Shown: in pieces, positions 54,532 through 64,000 of the stretch
Layout of the letters: each line of letters starts with the position of its first letter
How positions within the stretch are numbered: position 1 is the first letter of the stretch
Assembly (NCBI RefSeq): GCF_009914755.1
Contig: NC_060926.1
Length of the DNA: 64,000 nt
Reading direction: 5' to 3' (one strand)
Source: the human T2T-CHM13v2.0 reference genome, Homo sapiens
Position numbers and translations under genes: made by a program
The notes under the pieces: model-generated
What the model was told of the DNA's origin: nothing
The model's input: only the letters and a program-made list of their open reading frames with translations
Databases searched by the model: none

Positions 54532-55436
54532 CGGGGAGGAGCCAAGATGGCCGAGTAGGAACAGCTCCGGTCTACAGCTCCCAGCTTGAGCGACGCAGAA
54601 GACGGGTGATTTCTGCATTTCCATCTGAGGTACCGGGTTCATCTCACTAGGGAGTGCCAGACAGTGGGCGCAGGTCAGTGAGTGCGTGCACCGTGCGCGA
54701 GCCGAAGCAGGGCGAGGCACTGCCTCACTTGGGAAGGGCAAGGGGTCAGGGAGTTCCCTTTCCCAGTCAAAGAAAGGGGTGACGGACAGCACCTGGAAAT
54801 CGGGTCACTCCAACCGGAATACTGCGCTTTTCCGACGGGCTTAAAAAACGGCGCACCACGAGATTATAACCCCCACCTGGCTCGGAGGGTCCTATGCCCA
54901 GGGAGTCTCGCTGATTGCTAGCACAGCAGTCAGAGATCAAACTGCAAGGCGGCAGCGAGGCTGGGGGAGGGGCGCCCGCCATTGCCCAGGCTTGCTTAGG
55001 TAAACAAAGCAGCCCGGAAGCTCGAACTGGGTGGAGCCCACCACAGCTCACGGAGGCTTGCCTGCCTCTGTAGGCTCCACCTCTGGGGGCAGGGCACAGA
55101 CAACAAAAAGACAACAGTAACTTCTGCAGACTTAAATGTCCCTGTCTGACAGCTTTGAAGAGAGCAGTGGTTCTCCCAGCACGCAGCTGGAGATCTGAGA
55201 ACGGGCAGACTGCCTCCTCAAGTGGGTCCCTGACCCCTGACCCCCGAGCAGCCTAACTGGGAGGCACCCCCCAGCAGGGGCACACTGACACCTCACACGG
55301 CAGGGTATTCCAACAGACCTGCAGCTGAGGGTCCTGTCTGTTAGAAGGAAAACTAACAAACAGAAAGGACATCCACACCAAAAACCCATCTGTACATCAC
55401 CATCATCAAAGACCAAAAGTAGATAAAACCACAAAG
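54532..55436 (+). promoter_or_regulatory. L1 5'UTR internal sense/antisense promoter (CpG-rich, YY1 site)
   Basis: YY1 motif CAAGATGGC at 54543-54551. This is the only CpG-dense stretch in the window. Confidence 0.85.
54767..54982 (-). CDS. L1 ORF0 (71 aa), open
   Basis: ATG at 54982 gives 216 nt: MAGAPPPASLPPCSLISDCCASNQRD...VRHPFL*. This is the known primate L1 antisense ORF0. Confidence 0.75.
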   Translation of the reverse strand: MAGAPPPASLPPCSLISDCCASNQRDSLGIGPSEPGGGYNLVVRRFLSPSEKRSIPVGVTRFPGAVRHPFL

Positions 55437-56448
55437 ATGGGGAAAAAACAGAACAGAAAAACTGGAAACTCTAAAACGCAGAGCGCCTCTCCTCCTCCAA
55501 AGGAACGCAGTTCCTCACCAGCAACGGAACAAAGCTGGATGCAGAATGACTTTGACGAGCTGACAGAAGAAGGCTTCAGACGATCAAATTACTCTGAGCT
55601 ATGGGAGGACATTCAAACCAAAGGCAAAGAAGTTGAAAACTTTGAAAAAAATTTAGAAGAATGTATAACTAGAATAACCAATACAGAGAAGTGCTTAAAG
55701 GAGCTGATAGAGCTGAAAACCAAGGCTCGAGAACTACGTGAAGAATGCAGAAGCCTCAGGAGCCAATGCGATCAACTGGAAGAAAGGGTATCAGCAATGG
55801 AAGAGGAAATGAATGAAATGAAGCGAGAAGGGAAGTTTAGAGAAAAAAGAATAAAAAGAAATGAACAAAGCCTCCAAGAAATATGGGACTATGTGAAAAG
55901 ACCAAATTTATGTCTGATTGCTGTACCTGAAAGTGATGGGGAGAATGGAACCAAGTTGGAGAACACACTGCAGGATATTATCCAGGAGAACTTCCCCAAT
56001 CTAGCAAGGCAGGCCAACGTTCAGATTCAGGAAATACAGAGAATGCCACAAAGATACTCCTCGAGAAGAGCAACTCCAAGACACATAATTGTCAGATTCA
56101 CCAAAGTTGAAATGAAGGAAAAAATGTTAAGGGCAGCCAGAGAGAAAGGTCGGGTTACCCACAAAGGGAAGCCCATCAGACTAACAGCGGATCTCTCGGC
56201 AGAAACCCTACAAGCCAGAAGAGAGTGGGGGCCAATATTCAACATTCTTAAAGAAAAGAATTTTCAACCCAGAATTTCATATCCAGCCAAACTAAGCTTC
56301 ATAAGCGAAGGAGAAATAAAATACAGACAAGCAAATGCTGAGAGATTTTGTCACCACCAGACCTGCCCTAAAAGAGCTCCTGAAGGAAGCGCTAAATATG
56401 GAAAGGAACAACCGGTACCAGCCGCTGCAAAATCATGCCAAAATGTAA
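55437..56448 (+). pseudogene. L1 ORF1p, frameshifted near the C-terminus
   Basis: MGKKQNRKTGNSKTQ... is normal up to EGEIKY. A short deletion at about 56324 then shifts the frame (RQANAERF...), losing the normal C-terminus. Confidence 0.93.
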
Positions 56449-56511
56449 AGACCATCGAGACTAGGAAGAAACTGCATCAACTAATGAGCAAAATAACCAG
56501 CTAACATCATC

Positions 56512-60339
<3,828 letters not shown>

Positions 60340-60572
60340 ACAATGAGATCACATGGACACAGGAAGAGGAATATCACACTCTGGGGACTGTTGTGGGGTG
60401 GGGTGAGGGGGGAGGGATAGCATCGGGAGATATACCTAATGCTAGATGACGAGTTAGTGGGTGCAGCGCACCAGCATGGCACATGTATACATATGTAACT
60501 AACCTGCACAATGTGCACATGTACCCTAAAACTTAAAGTATAATAATTTAAAAAAAAAGAAAAAGAAAAAAG

Positions 60573-60619
60573 AAAAGCAATGTTCAACTCTGTGAGATGA
60601 ATGCACACATCACAAAGAA
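60573..60619. repeat. Alpha-satellite (ALR) fragment, L1 3' transduction
   Basis: AAAAGCAATGTTCAACTCTGTGAGATGAATGCACACATCACAAAGAA matches the recalled alphoid monomer. It lies between two A-tracts inside the L1 TSDs. Confidence 0.88.
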
Positions 60620-60739
60620 AAAAAAATACCTTGGTCCTTGATCATAGCACATAATACTAAATTAATGAATCTTCAAATATTCCTACATCTCTGTTCCTTT
60701 TTCACTAAATAAAGTCAGTTTAAGAAGGTCATATAATAC

Positions 60740-62800
60740 AAGGTCAATACAAACAATTAGGAGTATTCCTGTATAATGGCAACATAAAATTGGATTTCTT
60801 TAGTGTCACTGGATAAAACATTCAGGATAAAATTAATAAGTTATGTGCAATATTTATACCCTGAAAACTAAAAAAAACTGCTCAAAGAAATGAAAGAGGA
60901 CCTAGAAAAACTGATTTATAGATTCAATGTAGCTTCAATCAAAATCCAAATAGGCCTTTTGTAGATATTGCAAGATGATTCTAAAATGTATGTGAAATGC
61001 AGTGACCTGTGTAATAACCAAAATAATCTTTAAAATGAAGAACAAATCTGGAGAACTTACACTGTCCTATTTCAAGAATTACAACAAAGCTACAGTAATC
61101 AAGACATTGTGATACTGACAAAGAATAGACATTCAAATCAACGGAATGGAAATAATTCAGAAATAAAAGTAATACATGTGTCATAAACTGATTTTTGACA
61201 AAGGTGTCAGGGTAATTCAACAGAGTAAAATAGTCTTTTCAACAATGGTTCTGGAACAGCTGGATATGTTTATACAAGAAAAAAAATAAACCTTGACCCT
61301 TACTACACATCATTTGCAAAAATTAACTCAAAATCAGCCATAGAGCTAAATGTAGCAGTTAAACCTATAAAACTTCTAGAAAAAAAAAAAAAAAGAAAAA
61401 CAGGAGAAATTCTTTGTGACTTTATGATAGTTAAAGTTTTTTTGATATTATTCCAAAACCTAGATTCATATAAGAAAAAAATAAAGGTACATTGTACTTC
61501 TCCCAAAATGAAAAACTTTTACTCTGTTAAAAAAAAAAAAAAAGAAAAACTTTGAGAATATGTGACGGATCATCTTCTTACAACTCAATAATTGGAAAAC
61601 AATCAATCTCATTTAAAAGTTGAGCAAAAATGGGCTAAAGACTTGAGTAAATAGTTTCCTGATGAATTGCAAACAAGCACATTAAAAAAATGTCAACACC
61701 ATTGTTTATCAGGAAAATGCAAATTCAGATAACAATGAGATACTACTACATGCTCATTTATCTTAGTCATTCCAAGATGCTAAAACAAAATGCCATAAAC
61801 TGGGTGGTTTAAACAATACGTATTTATTCCTCACAGTTCTAGAGGCTGAGAAGTCCCAGATTAAGATAACAGCAGTTTGTTTCTTGGTGAGGGTCCACTT
61901 CCTGGCTTGCAAGCAGCCTCCTCACTGTACCCTCATAAGACAGAGAAAGAAAGCTCTGGAGTCTATTCCTCTTCTTGTAAGAGATATTAATACATCATGG
62001 AGCCCCTACCCTCATGATGACATCTAAACCTTATTACCCCACTAAGGCCCTACCAGCCATTTCCATCATATTGGTCATTAGGGCTTCAACAAATGAATTT
62101 TGGGGAGGAAGAAACATTCAGTTCATAGTACCACTTGAATGACTAAAATTAAAAAGACTGACCATACCAAGTGTTATTGAGAATGTGATGCCGTTGGAAT
62201 TCTAATACATTGATTGTGAAAATGCAATGCAAAATTATAACAGCCACTTTAGGAAAGAATTTGTCAACATCTTATACAGTTAAACATAAATTTACTCTAA
62301 GGCCCAGCGATATCACTTCTAGGTATTTCCCTAATAGAAATGAAAGTATATTTTCTCACAGAAGCATGAACTCCAATATTTATAAGGCTTTATTAACAAC
62401 AGACAAAAACTGGAGTATTTATCAATTGGTGAATAAATAATTTGTTGAATATAATGAATATTAAGTCAGCAACGAAACAACTACTGATACACATAACAAC
62501 ATAGAAACATTTCAAAAGTGTTATGTTAAATAAAAACAAGCCAGAAACAAAGACTACATACCTTATGATTCTATTTTTATGAAATTCTGAGAAAGGCAAA
62601 GATGGAAATCAGGTCAATTGTTTCCAAGGGCTGATGGGGGAAATAGGGAGGAATTTACTACAAGGAGCACAGGGGACATTTTGGGGTGATGGAAATATTC
62701 TACATTATGATTGTGGTTTAAATTTTCAGATACATATATTTTCAAAACTTATTGAATTGTGATTTTATTTTATGTGAATTATATCAATAAACCTGATAAA
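60740..62800 (+). mobile_element. L1M (L1MB/MC-type) ORF2 3' half and 3'UTR
   Basis: TATAGATTCAATG..ATCAAAATCC, AAAGCTACAGTAATCAAGACA, CTGATTTTTGACAAAGGTG, and TTTTGGGGTGATGGAAATATTCTA. Confidence 0.85.
61759..62130 (-). mobile_element. MLT1A0-like solo LTR nested in L1M
   Basis: TATCTTAGTC..AACAAAATGCCATAAACTGGGTGGTTTAAACAA..AGGGCTTCAACAAATGAATTTTGGGG..ACATTCAGTTCATAG. About 370 bp. Degenerate 5-bp TSD (TCATT/CCACT). Confidence 0.85.
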
Positions 62801-64000
62801 ACTTAAATGTATTTTGCTTGTTACTGCACCCCTTCACTCCTTTCTTTATCCTCTTCAACCAAGAAAAAGAACACCTAGACTATGATCCTTTGATGCTGTG
62901 ACAATTTTGAGGAATGTAAACACTTTGCAAAATGTTTCCATTTTTTTTCACTAATTCTGACTCTCTGAAAAATAGTATATGTTCCAGGAATTACATTTTT
63001 TTAGGATAAAAGCACTGACATTGCAAGTACTATTTTGTTTCTTGAGGCAACAAATGCCAAACGTTGTGGGAATTCAGACCAAAGAATTAGACAAGAGAGA
63101 ATAATATATGGTCAGTATCATCTTATGCCCCCTGTTATTACCTAAACTAGAGTGCAAAATGTTGAACTAGCAATGATCTTGATCTTTCACATCACTTTCA
63201 ATCTTTGAATAGATTAGAAAAGGTTACTAACAGTTTTTGAGTCTGTTTTCTCTCTCTCTCTCTAACAAACCACACAGTTTTTCATATATAAATTCCATTT
63301 TTACTTCTTACAATTAAGAAAGTTTGCAGTGTTTAAAAGTGAATTAACTACAATCTTATTCTAAAATTCAAATTAAAATGCTTTTGAGATGTGGATATAT
63401 TTAGTTAACTCTTTATTGCCACTTTTTTGGCAGACTATGAAAAAACAGTATTTGTACAGCATTTATAATTTTACTACAGCCAAGAAAAGTGAACAAATTT
63501 CTGACAAGAACTCCATCCTTATGCCTCAACAAAAGAGACTTAAATAAATCTCAGATCTTAATCTGAAATCTGAGATGATTAAACCAACAAAATCACATTT
63601 GGTATATTAACTCTTTCTAGCTTTCTTCTACTCTTTCCACTGTTGTTGTGTATTGTAATCATTTTCTTCACAAAATTTTCTTTTCATTTTTTAAATTATT
63701 CTTACCATGGGAAACTAAGTGTTCAGGAACAACAGAAAGGTTTGAGAGACACAGGTTATATTTCCATTCTCTTCATACCTCAGGCACTAACTTAAACAAT
63801 TCTCTATTTTACTTGTTAATTTTCTTAAATATAAAAATATTAAAAATAGCCATAGCAGCTAATGTTCACATGGTAAGGACACGCCTTTTAAACATGATAA
63901 TCATCAACAGTGTATTTAAAAATACAACAATATTCTCTAAATTTGGGTGCATGTAAGAGCATTTAGGCAATTTTTTATGTATGTTTTCAATTTCTTTGTT

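Overview
This is AT-rich, repeat-dense hominoid (most likely human) intronic or intergenic DNA. I find no host protein-coding exon or RNA gene that I can support, and essentially every recognisable ORF in the track derives from a transposable element. The main elements are a truncated HERV-L provirus with a partial MLT2A 5' LTR (11.7-16.6 kb, minus strand), an old L1PA with a twin-priming inversion and a nested THE1D-like LTR (27.8-31.9 kb), a near full-length Tigger1 (47.1-49.4 kb), and a full-length but inactivated L1PA2/late-L1PA3 (54.5-60.6 kb). There are also eight Alus and many older MIR, L2, L1M, MaLR and DNA-transposon fossils. The most notable observation is about 45 bp of centromeric alpha-satellite between the young L1's poly(A) tail and its 3' target-site duplication (TSD), i.e. 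a 3' transduction pointing to a source L1 inside alphoid DNA. The same L1 keeps an intact 71-aa antisense ORF0. I see no evidence for a wholly new gene system. Subfamily calls come from recalled consensus sequences and need RepeatMasker/Dfam confirmation.
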